Assembly: GCA_039194325.1 (NCBI GenBank)
Contig: JBCCWC010000012.1
Location: 32,001-96,000, forward strand
Length of the DNA stretch: 64,000 nucleotides
Direction: 5' to 3'
From: Myxococcota bacterium
GTDB taxonomy: Bacteria; Myxococcota_A; Polyangia; Nannocystales; Nannocystaceae
Shown here: in pieces, positions 9,781 through 19,495 of the stretch
How the letters are laid out: every line of letters begins with the position of its first letter
Numbering within the stretch: position 1 is the first letter of the stretch
Made by a program: the position numbers and the translations under genes
The notes under the pieces: generated by a model
Seen by the model: the letters and a program-made list of their open reading frames with translations, nothing else
Told to the model about the DNA's origin: nothing
Database searches by the model: none

Positions 9781-10503
9781 ATGCTCTACATCGTCGCCAC
9801 CCCCATCGGGAACCTCGAGGACGTGTCGCTGCGGGCCATCGAGGTGCTGCGCTCGGTCGACGTGGTGGCCAGCGAGGACACCCGCCACACCGCCAAGCTG
9901 CTGGCTCGCCACGAGATCAAGGCGCGTCAGATGCCCTTCCACGAGCACAACGAGAAGCGGGTGGTGGGCAAGATCGTCAAGCTCCTCGAGGACGGCCGCG
10001 ACGTAGCCCTCGTCTCCGACGCCGGCACGCCCGGCATCGCCGACCCTGGCTTCTCCCTTGTGCGCCGCTGCCACGAAGAAGGATTGCCGGTGACCATGGT
10101 GCCTGGACCCGCCGCGCTCGTGATGGCCGTGGTGCTCAGCGGGCTGCCCTTGCACTCGTTCACCTTCCGAGGCTTTCCCCCCCGCAAGCCGGGCAAGCGG
10201 CGGCGGTTCCTGGCGGTGGACGCGGATTCCCCGCACACCCTGGTGTTCTACGAGAGCCCGTATCGAGTCCGCGCGCTACTGGGGGATGCACTCGAGGTCT
10301 ACGGCGATCGCCGGGCTGCGCTCTGCAACGACCTGACCAAGAAGTTCGAGGCGGTCCACCGCGGCACCTTGAGCGAGTTGGGGCAGCGACTCGAGAAGGA
10401 TGGGGCCAAGGGAGAGTACGTGGTGGTGGTCGAGGGGCATACGGACGAGGCCAGCGATGGCGAGGACGCCGACGCTGGTCCCAACCAGCAGGACGTGCTT
10501 TAG
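9781..10503 (+). CDS. rsmI: 16S rRNA (cytidine1402-2'-O)-methyltransferase
   Basis: [54 protein letters not shown]. Confidence 0.95.
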   Translation: MLYIVATPIGNLEDVSLRAIEVLRSVDVVASEDTRHTAKLLARHEIKARQMPFHEHNEKRVVGKIVKLLEDGRDVALVSDAGTPGIADPGFSLVRRCHEEGLPVTMVPGPAALVMAVVLSGLPLHSFTFRGFPPRKPGKRRRFLAVDADSPHTLVFYESPYRVRALLGDALEVYGDRRAALCNDLTKKFEAVHRGTLSELGQRLEKDGAKGEYVVVVEGHTDEASDGEDADAGPNQQDVL

Positions 10504-10520
10504 TCGGGCTCCTCTCGACG

Positions 10521-11963
10521 ATGCTCACTCGCCTCAAGATCAAAGGCTTCAAGAACCTAGTGGATGTGGAAGTCCGCCTCGGTCCGATCACGTGCATTGC
10601 GGGACCGAACGGTGTGGGCAAATCCAACCTCTTCGATGCGATTCACTTTCTGTCCTTGCTCGCCGACAAACCCTTCGTGGAGGCCGCCATAGAGGTTCGA
10701 GGGGGTGCTGAGCTGCGAGACCTATTCACAATCGGCGGAAATGGCCGCATCGAGGTCGAGTGCGACGTAATCATCCCCCAGGTAGGAACCGACGACTTTG
10801 GCCAACCCGCGGAGGCGAGCTACACGTATCTCACATACGAGCTCACATTTAGGTATGACGATCCGGTAGAAGGGCCGGGCGTGCCACGGATCCGCCTCGA
10901 GCACGAGAGACTCGCCTACATTACGAGATCCGAAGCACGTCATGCACTCGGGTTCGATACCAGCTCTACCTTCCGCGATTCCGTCGTCTTCAGCTCGGCC
11001 AGACGGACTACGTTCATCTCCACTGAAGATGGCCATATCCGGCTCCAAGTCGATCGCATGCAGGACGAGACGAAGTCTCAGCGAGGAGGTGGAAAACCGG
11101 TCGAATTCCTCAGCGAGCGTTTGCCACGCACCGTATTGTCCTCAGCGCAGAATGCCGAGGAGCATCGAACTGCCGTACTATTGCGTCAGGAGATGCGCCG
11201 CTGGCGTCAACTCCAGCTGGAACCCTCGGCTCTACGCCGAGCCGACGACTTTCAGAGTCCGCAAGCTATCTCGGCCTCGGGGGCTCACGTTGCTGCCACC
11301 CTCTATCGTCTCGCGATGAACGATGGGGAAGACGTCTATGCTGAAGTCGCCAATCGCCTTGCCGAGTTGGTCGACGGGGTCAAGTCCATTCGTGTCGACC
11401 GCGACGAAGGGCGGCGTCTCTTTCGCCTGATGATGAGGGATCTACACGGCGTAGAGCTACCCGCAAGCTCGCTCTCGGACGGAACCCTCCGCTTCATTGC
11501 ACTGGCGGTCATGGAGCTCGACCCCGAGGCCACCGGTGTCGTATGTCTCGAAGAGCCGGAGAATGGGATCCACCCCAAGCGAGTCGAGGCGATGCTCAGG
11601 CTCTTGGTGGACATGGCCGTCGATCCCCACGAAGCCGTCGAGGATGGAAACCAACTGCGGCAAGTCCTGGTAAGCACCCATTCCCCGCTCGTCGTCGAGA
11701 ACGCGGCAGCTGAAGATGTGGTCTTTGCGACCTCCCGAGTTCAGCGTCTCGGCAAACGCACCAGCCGTGGGTTGGCCTTCCGGGGACTTGAGCAAACCTG
11801 GCGGGCGGAAGATGACAGCGGAATCTCCAAGGGAGAGGTGTTGTCGTATCTGAATCCGTCCGCGAGCATCATCGAAAGCGGTCATTCTACCTCTCGACCG
11901 AAAACGGTGAAGGAAGTGCTCAAGGGAAGCCAAGAGCAACTGGCCTTCCAACTGGAGACATGA
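10521..11963 (+). CDS. ABC/AAA_21-type ATPase
   Basis: IKGFKNL, Walker A GPNGVGKS, signature LSDGT, Walker B CLEEPENGIHP, STHSP; more A/T-rich codons than flanks. Confidence 0.9.
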   Translation: MLTRLKIKGFKNLVDVEVRLGPITCIAGPNGVGKSNLFDAIHFLSLLADKPFVEAAIEVRGGAELRDLFTIGGNGRIEVECDVIIPQVGTDDFGQPAEASYTYLTYELTFRYDDPVEGPGVPRIRLEHERLAYITRSEARHALGFDTSSTFRDSVVFSSARRTTFISTEDGHIRLQVDRMQDETKSQRGGGKPVEFLSERLPRTVLSSAQNAEEHRTAVLLRQEMRRWRQLQLEPSALRRADDFQSPQAISASGAHVAATLYRLAMNDGEDVYAEVANRLAELVDGVKSIRVDRDEGRRLFRLMMRDLHGVELPASSLSDGTLRFIALAVMELDPEATGVVCLEEPENGIHPKRVEAMLRLLVDMAVDPHEAVEDGNQLRQVLVSTHSPLVVENAAAEDVVFATSRVQRLGKRTSRGLAFRGLEQTWRAEDDSGISKGEVLSYLNPSASIIESGHSTSRPKTVKEVLKGSQEQLAFQLET

Positions 11964-12599
11964 ATGATGCGGCCACGACCGGTGCGCTACATCCTCGTCA
12001 CCGACGGCTCATCTGATGCGTGCCTCTTGCATCCGATCCGCTGGCTGATGGCGTCCATGGGCTGGGTCGAGGTCGAAGGTCAGTGGGCAGATCTCCGCGT
12101 CGTTCCCGACGTAGGGCGTGGCCTAGTTGCCCGTCTTCGGACTGCCCTGAACCACTACTCTGGCGAGCTTCTGTTCATTCACCGTGACGCCGAGGCAGAT
12201 CCCCTCGAACACCGACTTGAGGAGATCCGGGCCGCGATATCGACCCTTGGCTCATCGATACCTCACGTGTGCGTCGTACCCGTCCGCATGACCGAAGCGT
12301 GGCTAATCCATGACGAAGCAGCAATAAGGACCGCATCGGGCAAACCTCGGGGCAATGCCCGGCTGAACCTGCCCCCCATCAAGAAAATCGAAGAGCTCGC
12401 CAATCCCAAGTCGACGCTCCGCGATGCGCTGCTCACCGCGAGCGAAGCCACCGGTCGAATTCGTAAGCGGAAGCTCCGAGACTTCGGCTCGATGAGGTCC
12501 CGCGTCGCTGAGCTCATCGAGGACTATGCTCCTCTTCGGGCGTTAAAGGCGTTCGATCACTTCGAGCGGGAGTTACGAGGCATCCTCGAGTCGATGTAA
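11964..12599 (+). CDS. DUF4276-like / TOPRIM-like protein
   Basis: LVTDGSSD, LLFIHRDAE, VVPVRMTEAWL; starts immediately after the ATPase stop. Confidence 0.75.
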   Translation: MMRPRPVRYILVTDGSSDACLLHPIRWLMASMGWVEVEGQWADLRVVPDVGRGLVARLRTALNHYSGELLFIHRDAEADPLEHRLEEIRAAISTLGSSIPHVCVVPVRMTEAWLIHDEAAIRTASGKPRGNARLNLPPIKKIEELANPKSTLRDALLTASEATGRIRKRKLRDFGSMRSRVAELIEDYAPLRALKAFDHFERELRGILESM

Positions 12600-12804
12600 G
12601 TAGCCTGCGGCTCTCCACAGTTCGTGCCCTCGATCGTTTGGTCTCGGACCGGACGGACCTTCGATCGGCCGCGCCTGCAGAGCTGCGCAAATACGAACCG
12701 CAACGACTGCCCACCCGCGCGGCAACCGACACCCCTGTCGATTTCCTGATCGCCCCGACCGGGGCCGTCGATCACCAAGTCCCCGTCACCACGCGGTCTT
12801 TGGT

Positions 12805-12820
12805 TGGCACCCTCCGTGCA
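12805..12820 (+). promoter_or_regulatory. Putative sigma-54 promoter
   Basis: TGGCACCCTCCGTGCA with correct GG/GC spacing just upstream of ATG 12835. Confidence 0.65.
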
Positions 12821-12834
12821 TAGCCTCGGGGTGA

Positions 12835-14526
12835 ATGAACGATACGACACTCCATGATCCCGAAGTCCTCGTCGTCGGAGCCGGCCCCACCGGGCTGGTC
12901 GCCGCCGTGCAACTGGCCGAGCGCGGCGTCTCGGTGCGCATCATCGACGCCACCCCCGTACGCTCCGACAAGAGCCGCGCCCTTGGAGTGCAAGCCCGCA
13001 CGCTAGAGCTGCTGGACAAGATGGGCCTGGCCGAGCGCTTGATCGCACAGGGAGAGCGTACCGGCGCCATCAACTTCCACGTGGAGGGGCGACATACCGC
13101 CCACCTCCCGCTCGGGGAGCTCGACGTCGACCACACTCCCTTCCCGTACCTCCTGTTCGTCTCCCAGGTAAAGACCGAGCGCGTGCTCGAGGAGCGCCTC
13201 AACGAGCTCGGAGTGCAGGTCGAGCGCCCGGTACAGCTGCTCGATCTACGCCAAGACGAGCACAGAGTCTCGGCTCGGGTGCGACACGACGGACAAGAAC
13301 AGATCATCACCGCCCGCTACCTCATCGGCGCCGACGGGGCCCACAGCACCGTCCGGCACGCGCTCGAGCTGCCATTTCACGGCGACGCCTACGATAGCGA
13401 GTTCATCCTGGGCGACGTGGAGGCCACCGGGGATCTCGCCTTCGACGAGCTCCACATGTTCGTCGCCCGTAAGGGCGTGGTGGTGATCTTCCCGCTGACC
13501 CGCACCACGGTCCGCGTGATGGCCACGGGCTTCCCCGTCGCGCGCGACGACGAGCTGACCCTGGCCGAGCTGCAAGAGCAGACCACGTTGCTCTCGGGAC
13601 GACCCGACCTACGCCTGACGCGACCGACCTGGCTGTCGCGCTTCCGGCTGCACCACCGTGGAGTCGATCGCTACCGCGTGGGCCGGGTCTTCATCGCCGG
13701 CGACGCCGCGCATATCCACAGCCCCGCCGGGGGCCAGGGCATGAACACCGGGATCCAAGACTCGTACAACCTGGCCTGGAAGCTCGCCATGGTCCTGCAA
13801 GGGCAAGCCACCGACACACTGCTCGACAGCTATCACGCCGAGCGTTACCCGGTGGGACAGCGACTGCTCGGCTTCACCGATCGGCTGTTCTCTGTAATGA
13901 GCACGCTGGGCCCCATCACCGCTCGACTGCGCAACTGGCTGACCCCGATCTTGCTGCCACGAGTGTTCGACGCCCGCGGCTCGCGGATCTTCGCGTTTGC
14001 CTCCCAAATAGGCATCCGCTACCGCCGCAGCCCGGTGGTGGCCGAGGTCAGCGACGGGACCGACGCCCGATTCTCGCGGGGCGCACGAGCGGGAGATCGC
14101 GCGCCAGGGGCCCCGCTGCCACAGGGGCGCTTCTTGTCGCACCTACGCGGGTCAGGATGGTGGCTGCTGGGCTTTTGCGGCGAAGGTGACGCGGCCACCG
14201 ACGCAGAGCGCCTGAGGACTCGGCTGCAGGCGGTCTGCGCCGACGCTCCGTGGATCCAACCGCTGATGATCTCGTCTACACCTCGGCCCGAGACCGAGGG
14301 CTGGGTCCTCGACCACGAGGGCATGCTGCACGAACGCTACGGCCTGACCGGCCCTGGCCTGGTCCTCGTACGCCCCGACGGCCACATCGCGTTTCGCAGC
14401 GCGGGGCCGGGCGTCGACGCGCTGTGGGCCTGGCTGGATGCTCAGCGCCCGACGAGACCCTCCGCATCGGCCGTGCGGGCCCTGCCTTCGGCCGACGCCC
14501 GCTCCGAAGTCGCCCGCGCGGGCTGA
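12835..14526 (+). CDS. FAD-dependent monooxygenase (aromatic hydroxylase family)
   Basis: VVGAGPTGL, YLIGADGAHSTVR, GDAAHIHSPAGGQGMNTGIQD, LVRPDGHI. Confidence 0.93.
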   Translation: MNDTTLHDPEVLVVGAGPTGLVAAVQLAERGVSVRIIDATPVRSDKSRALGVQARTLELLDKMGLAERLIAQGERTGAINFHVEGRHTAHLPLGELDVDHTPFPYLLFVSQVKTERVLEERLNELGVQVERPVQLLDLRQDEHRVSARVRHDGQEQIITARYLIGADGAHSTVRHALELPFHGDAYDSEFILGDVEATGDLAFDELHMFVARKGVVVIFPLTRTTVRVMATGFPVARDDELTLAELQEQTTLLSGRPDLRLTRPTWLSRFRLHHRGVDRYRVGRVFIAGDAAHIHSPAGGQGMNTGIQDSYNLAWKLAMVLQGQATDTLLDSYHAERYPVGQRLLGFTDRLFSVMSTLGPITARLRNWLTPILLPRVFDARGSRIFAFASQIGIRYRRSPVVAEVSDGTDARFSRGARAGDRAPGAPLPQGRFLSHLRGSGWWLLGFCGEGDAATDAERLRTRLQAVCADAPWIQPLMISSTPRPETEGWVLDHEGMLHERYGLTGPGLVLVRPDGHIAFRSAGPGVDALWAWLDAQRPTRPSASAVRALPSADARSEVARAG

Positions 14527-14644
14527 TCTCAGCGCCGCTGGTCACTACACCCCCCCATGGGGCATCCGGCGAGCGGTTCCCAGCGCCGGCGCTCGCCGGG
14601 ACGTCCATGCAACGCCCTGGCGAGCGCAGCCGGCCCCGCATAGC

Positions 14645-15997
14645 TCAGCGAAGCCCGTGCCGCTTGAGCTTGTCGAGCAAGGTCGCCCGACTCAGCTGGA
14701 GGCGGCGGGCCATCTCGCTGTGGTTGCCTCCGCTGGCCTCGAGCTCCTCGACGAGGATCCGCCGCTCGTAGGCGGCCAAGCGCTCTCGGAGCCCCCCGGC
14801 TTCTTCGATGGTCGTGGGGGTCGTCGTGGCGGCCGCGGGCGCCATGTCGAGCGACTCCAGCGACTCGATGACCGGCCCCGTCGCCAGGGCCACCATGCGC
14901 TCTACCGCGTGCTCGAGCTCGCGAACGTTGCCCGGCCAGGGGTTGGCCACCAACTGCTCGCGCACGCGCTGCGAGAGCCTCACGTCGTCCATACCAAAGC
15001 GCTCGGCATACTTGACGACGAAGTGCTCCGCCAGCGGCAAGATGTCGCCGGGTCGTTCCCGCAGCGGCGGCACGTGCACCTGCACCACGTGGATCCGATA
15101 GAAGAGATCCTCGCGAAAGCGGCCCTCGGCCACTTCCTTGCGAAGGTCGCGGTTGGTGGCCGCCAAAAGCCGTACGTCGACCTCGACGGTACGCTCCTCG
15201 CCCACCGGCCGCACTTCGCCTTCCTGCAGCACGCGTAGCAGCGAAGCCTGCATGGCGGGGGTGAGCTCGCCGACCTCGTCGAGCAGCAGGGTCCCGCCGT
15301 GCGCCTCACGAAACAGGCCTGGGCGGCTGCGGTTGGCCCCGGTGAACGCTCCCCGGGCGTGGCCGAAGAGCTCCGCCTCGGCCAGCTCGGCGGTGACCGC
15401 CGCACAGTTGAAGCGCAGGTAGGGTCGGGCCGCCCGACGCGAGCCGCGGACCAAGGCCCGCGCCACCAGTTCCTTGCCCGTACCGCTGTCGCCAGTAATC
15501 AGCACGGTCACGTCCTTGTCGGCCACCCGCTCGACTACTTGGGCCACCCGCTGCATCCCCTCGGAGGCAAAGACCATCGTCTGCCCCAGCTGGATCCCCG
15601 CGCGCAGCCTCTGGTTTTCGCGCGCGAGCCGGGCGGTGCCCAGGCTCCGATGAAGCACCCGGGCCACCTCATCGGCGTCGAAGGGCTTGGCAAAGTAGTC
15701 CAGCGCCCCCCGCTTCATCGCCTCGACCGCGGTGCGCTCCGAGCCATGCGCGGTGACCATGATCGCCGGTGGAGCGTCTTGCCGCTCACGCAACGCGGAC
15801 AGGAGCGCCATCCCGTCCATCCGCGGCATGGTCAGATCGGTGATCACCAGATCGACGGCCCGGCCGTCGAGGCATGATAGGGCTTGCTCTCCGTCCTCGG
15901 CCTCGAGCACCTCGAAGCCCTCGTCCTCCAGGATCGCGCGGAGGGTAAAGCGAACGCGGGGTTCGTCGTCGACGACGAGGACGGCGGGCTGGCTCAT
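14645..15997 (-). CDS. Sigma-54-dependent response regulator (NtrC family)
   Basis: Receiver domain VLVVDDE, GDSGTGKE, GAFTGA, WPGNVRELE, C-terminal HTH. Confidence 0.95.
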   Translation of the reverse strand: MSQPAVLVVDDEPRVRFTLRAILEDEGFEVLEAEDGEQALSCLDGRAVDLVITDLTMPRMDGMALLSALRERQDAPPAIMVTAHGSERTAVEAMKRGALDYFAKPFDADEVARVLHRSLGTARLARENQRLRAGIQLGQTMVFASEGMQRVAQVVERVADKDVTVLITGDSGTGKELVARALVRGSRRAARPYLRFNCAAVTAELAEAELFGHARGAFTGANRSRPGLFREAHGGTLLLDEVGELTPAMQASLLRVLQEGEVRPVGEERTVEVDVRLLAATNRDLRKEVAEGRFREDLFYRIHVVQVHVPPLRERPGDILPLAEHFVVKYAERFGMDDVRLSQRVREQLVANPWPGNVRELEHAVERMVALATGPVIESLESLDMAPAAATTTPTTIEEAGGLRERLAAYERRILVEELEASGGNHSEMARRLQLSRATLLDKLKRHGLR

Positions 15998-17355
15998 CGG
16001 GCACTTCCGGTCGATCGCTTAGGGGGCACCCGAGGCAGGCGCAGCACCGCGCGGCAGCCTCCCTTGGGTCGGTCGAGTAGCTCCAGGGTACCGCCGTGCT
16101 GCTGCGCGATCGCCCGAGCCACGGTCAGGCCGATCCCGCTGCCGGTCGGCTTGGTGGTGGTCCCGGGCGCAAATAAGCGATCTCGGATCTGCTCGTCGAT
16201 GCCTGGGCCCTCGTCGAGGATCTCGAACCATAACTCCGACCCCTCGTCGCGAGCGACCAGGTGCACCGTGGCTGACGAGGGGCTGGCCTCGACCGCGTTG
16301 TGGAGCAGGTTGACCAGCACCTGCATCAGCTTGCGCGGATCACCGGCGAACGGCTCGGTCGCGCTCACCTCGGCCCGAAGCGTCACCCCGTAGCCGTGGG
16401 CCAGCGGTCGATGAAGCGCCAGCGCCTTATCGACCAGCTGCTGGGGCGGCGTCGCTCGACGCGTCATCTCGGTGAGCGGGCGGGAGAAGTTGAGGAACTC
16501 GTCGATGATCGAGCCCATGCGCTCCACCTCCTCCATCATCACCGTGATGCGCTCGGCGTCCTTGGTGCCGGCGGTCATACGCCGAGCGAACAGGCTGCCC
16601 AGGCCCTTGACCGAGGCCAGCGGGTTCTTGAGCTCGTGGGCGATCGCCCCCGAGAGCGTCCATAGCTCGCGGTTCTGGTCGCGCAGCGTGGCCAGGGTCT
16701 CGGCCCGTGCCTCGATGGCCGCCTCGATCGCACGCTCGACCGCTCCCCGCACCACCAACCCGAGTATGACCGCCGCGCTCAGCACCAACGTCAGCAACGC
16801 GGCCATGGTGACCGCGAACGTGGGCCCTCCAACCTGGGGCAGGACCTCGGCAACCTCGTGAGGAATCAGCCGCGGCGTAGGCCCGATGAAATCGTCGGCG
16901 GCCACCAACCACACGAACATGATCACCGCCACGACCAACGTCACCACGAGACGTACACGCCCCACCGAGATCGCGGCGAGCAAGGCAACCGCCGGCAACA
17001 CGACGACGAACGGGCTGTGGATCCCTCCGGTCAGGGCGATGATGGTGGCGTGCGCCACCATCACCGACCCCAGCAGCTCGGCCGCCTGTCTCGGAGGGAG
17101 CCGTTGGGTGTTCAGGTGAGAACGATCGCGGATCGTCAGGGCCACCATCATGACCGCCCCGCCCAGCACCAAGGCGAGCTTCCACGGCTGAGGATCGTAG
17201 GCCAGTAGCAAGCCCGCAATTGCGAGCATCAGCAGCGCGATTCCTATGCGCGCCCGCAGCAGGCCCCGAAAAAGGGGGCTGAGCTGGTGGTCGGTCAGGT
17301 GCCCGAGATGGTCGTCTCGGGAGCCAAGAGACACGATAGCGCGAAGGTCGGTCAT
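15994..17355 (-). CDS. Membrane sensor histidine kinase
   Basis: Multiple TM helices, H-box AHELKNPL, NLLHNAVEA, DEGPG, GSGIGL; start may be 17403. Confidence 0.93.
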   Translation of the reverse strand: MTDLRAIVSLGSRDDHLGHLTDHQLSPLFRGLLRARIGIALLMLAIAGLLLAYDPQPWKLALVLGGAVMMVALTIRDRSHLNTQRLPPRQAAELLGSVMVAHATIIALTGGIHSPFVVVLPAVALLAAISVGRVRLVVTLVVAVIMFVWLVAADDFIGPTPRLIPHEVAEVLPQVGGPTFAVTMAALLTLVLSAAVILGLVVRGAVERAIEAAIEARAETLATLRDQNRELWTLSGAIAHELKNPLASVKGLGSLFARRMTAGTKDAERITVMMEEVERMGSIIDEFLNFSRPLTEMTRRATPPQQLVDKALALHRPLAHGYGVTLRAEVSATEPFAGDPRKLMQVLVNLLHNAVEASPSSATVHLVARDEGSELWFEILDEGPGIDEQIRDRLFAPGTTTKPTGSGIGLTVARAIAQQHGGTLELLDRPKGGCRAVLRLPRVPPKRSTGSAR

Positions 17356-17494
17356 CGCTACGCGAGAGGCTGTTGCAGGATCGGGGCCGGATGACCCGAA
17401 CACCGGTGTGTAGCACGAACAGCCGCGGTCCGCCCCAGTCGAGCGATCCGGTCACCCTGTCGTGCCACCTCTACGCACCCGAGCGGTCGTCGAC

Positions 17495-18598
17495 CTACGT
17501 TCGGGATTGCGCCCCGTGACGTTGTAGATGTTCGACCAGCCGGGTGTAGAAGCGCAGATTGTGCAGCGTAGCCAAGCGCCACGCGAGGGGATCATCGCAG
17601 CGAAACAGATGGTGCAGATAGCCTCGACTATACCGACGACAGCAAAGCGCATCGCAAAAGGGCGAGATCGGCTCCTGGGCCATAGCGTGCTTCTTGTCGA
17701 GGATGTAGAGGCGCTCGTAGAAGCTCGCCCCCGCGGTCAGCGGGCCCTCGGGCAAGGGCTCACAAAAGCGATAGAGACGGTGATGCCGGGCATCACGGGT
17801 GGGCAGGCTGCTGTCGAACACCGCGGGCCGACCCAGCGCGGTGATCGCCACCAGGTGATCGGGCCGGCCCACCCCCAGGGCGAACAAGGGCGCGTCACGA
17901 GGCAATAGCTGGTGCAGCACCTCGAACATCTCGAGCTGGAGCTGCCCCTGTTCGTCGAGCGGCCAGCCACCGAAGCCAAACGCCCGCAGCCCCGCATCGA
18001 GCAGCGCCTGCCCGCACTCGCGCCGCAGCGCGGCGTCGTTACCCCCCTGGATCGGGGCGACCAGCGTGGGAGGCGGACCCTCGGGGCAGCGCTGCTCGAG
18101 CTGACGCTCGAACTCCTCGCGAGCCCGACGAGCCCAGGCCACGGTGCGATCGACGGCCCGCCGCTGCTCGTCGACCGGCGCCTCGGGCCCGGTGCAATCG
18201 TCGAGGGCCACCATCACGTCGGCCCCCAGGCGAAACTGAGTCTGCACGACCTTCTCGGGGGTGAGGATCAGCTTGTCGCGCCCGTCGGGGGGCCGAAACA
18301 CGATCTCTCGATCGCGGATCTGGCCGTGCTTGGGATTTTGGCGGATCAGCGAGAACACCTGGAAGCCGCCCGAGTCGGTGACGATCGGGCCCGACCAGCC
18401 GGCGAACGCGTGCAGCCCTCCTAGCCGCTGCACCACGCGGATCCCCGGCCGGGTCATCAGGTGGTAGGCGTTGATCATCAGGGCGGGGATCCCCACCGCC
18501 TCGAGATCACTGGCGTCGACCGAGCGCACGAAGCCCCGCGTAGCATCGGGGATGTAGCAGGGGGCACGCAGGGATCCGTGGGCGGTCGACAGCTCCAT
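17495..18598 (-). CDS. tRNA-guanine transglycosylase family protein (atypical)
   Basis: NAYHL, TDSGGFQVFSL, LDDC, QGG, FDSSLPTRDARH, YSRGYLHHL, LATLHNL. Confidence 0.88.
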   Translation of the reverse strand: MELSTAHGSLRAPCYIPDATRGFVRSVDASDLEAVGIPALMINAYHLMTRPGIRVVQRLGGLHAFAGWSGPIVTDSGGFQVFSLIRQNPKHGQIRDREIVFRPPDGRDKLILTPEKVVQTQFRLGADVMVALDDCTGPEAPVDEQRRAVDRTVAWARRAREEFERQLEQRCPEGPPPTLVAPIQGGNDAALRRECGQALLDAGLRAFGFGGWPLDEQGQLQLEMFEVLHQLLPRDAPLFALGVGRPDHLVAITALGRPAVFDSSLPTRDARHHRLYRFCEPLPEGPLTAGASFYERLYILDKKHAMAQEPISPFCDALCCRRYSRGYLHHLFRCDDPLAWRLATLHNLRFYTRLVEHLQRHGAQSRT

Positions 18599-18604
18599 GG
18601 CCGC

Positions 18605-19396
18605 TCAGCCCTCCGGGACCTCGATCGTCCCCTCGAGGTAGAGCACGGCCTGGCCGGTGATCTCGACCCGCTCGCCCTTCATCACGCAGCGCAGTGATCC
18701 CCCGCGCGCGGAGACCTGCCGGGCGACGAGCTCGGTCTTGCCGAGGCGCTCGGCCCAGTAGGGTGTGAGCGTGCAGTGAGCACTACCAGTCACCGGATCC
18801 TCGTCGATCCCCAGGTGCGGTGCGAAGTAGCGCGAGACGAAATCCACCTCGTCACCGGGCGCGGTCACGATGAGGCCATCCCCCGGCATCGCCGCGATGA
18901 AGCGCAGGTCGGGGCAAAGGGCGCGCACGGCCTGCTCGTCGTCCAGCACCGCGAGGTTCTTCAGGGCGCGCAGCACCGCGCGCGGCTCGACGCCTCCCAG
19001 CGCGGCTCCGAGACCCTCGGGAGGCTCCACGAGCTGCGGCGGCCGGGCCGGGAAGTCGAGCACGAGCCCCGCGTCGGAGCGTCCCACGGTGAGTCGACCG
19101 GCCTGGCGGGTGTCGAAGTGTAGGCGCTCCCGCGCAGGCTCTCGACCAAAGAGCACGAACGCAGCGGCCAGGGTCGCGTGCCCGCATAGCTCCACCTCGA
19201 CCGTGGGGGAGAACCAGCGGATCTCCCGATCCTCGCCCCGAGACACCACGAAGGCCGTCTCCGAGACGTTGTTCTCCGCGGCGATCGCCAGGAGCGTGGC
19301 GTCGTCGAGCCATCGCGGCAGTAGACACACCGCGGCCGGGTTTCCAGCGAAGACTTGCTCGGTAAATGAATCGACCTGATAGAGCGGCAGCTTCAT
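18605..19396 (-). CDS. PhzF family isomerase/epimerase
   Basis: YQVDSF, GNPAAV, SETAF, EVELCGHATLA, EDPVTGSAHC. Confidence 0.95.
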   Translation of the reverse strand: MKLPLYQVDSFTEQVFAGNPAAVCLLPRWLDDATLLAIAAENNVSETAFVVSRGEDREIRWFSPTVEVELCGHATLAAAFVLFGREPARERLHFDTRQAGRLTVGRSDAGLVLDFPARPPQLVEPPEGLGAALGGVEPRAVLRALKNLAVLDDEQAVRALCPDLRFIAAMPGDGLIVTAPGDEVDFVSRYFAPHLGIDEDPVTGSAHCTLTPYWAERLGKTELVARQVSARGGSLRCVMKGERVEITGQAVLYLEGTIEVPEG

Positions 19397-19495
19397 CGGC
19401 GTGTATGTACGCGGACCTTCCCATGCTCCTGGGCTCGGGTCGACCCCGAGATTTACCGCGTCATGACGATGGCGAGTCGCCCGTTCATGGACCCG

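Noticed and set aside
17495..18598. Dpd-type 7-deazaguanine DNA-modification island
   Set aside because: No dpdB-K or preQ0 synthesis genes nearby; the protein keeps a tRNA-TGT-like C-terminus
18605..19396. Phenazine biosynthesis cluster
   Set aside because: Lone PhzF-family gene with no other phz genes
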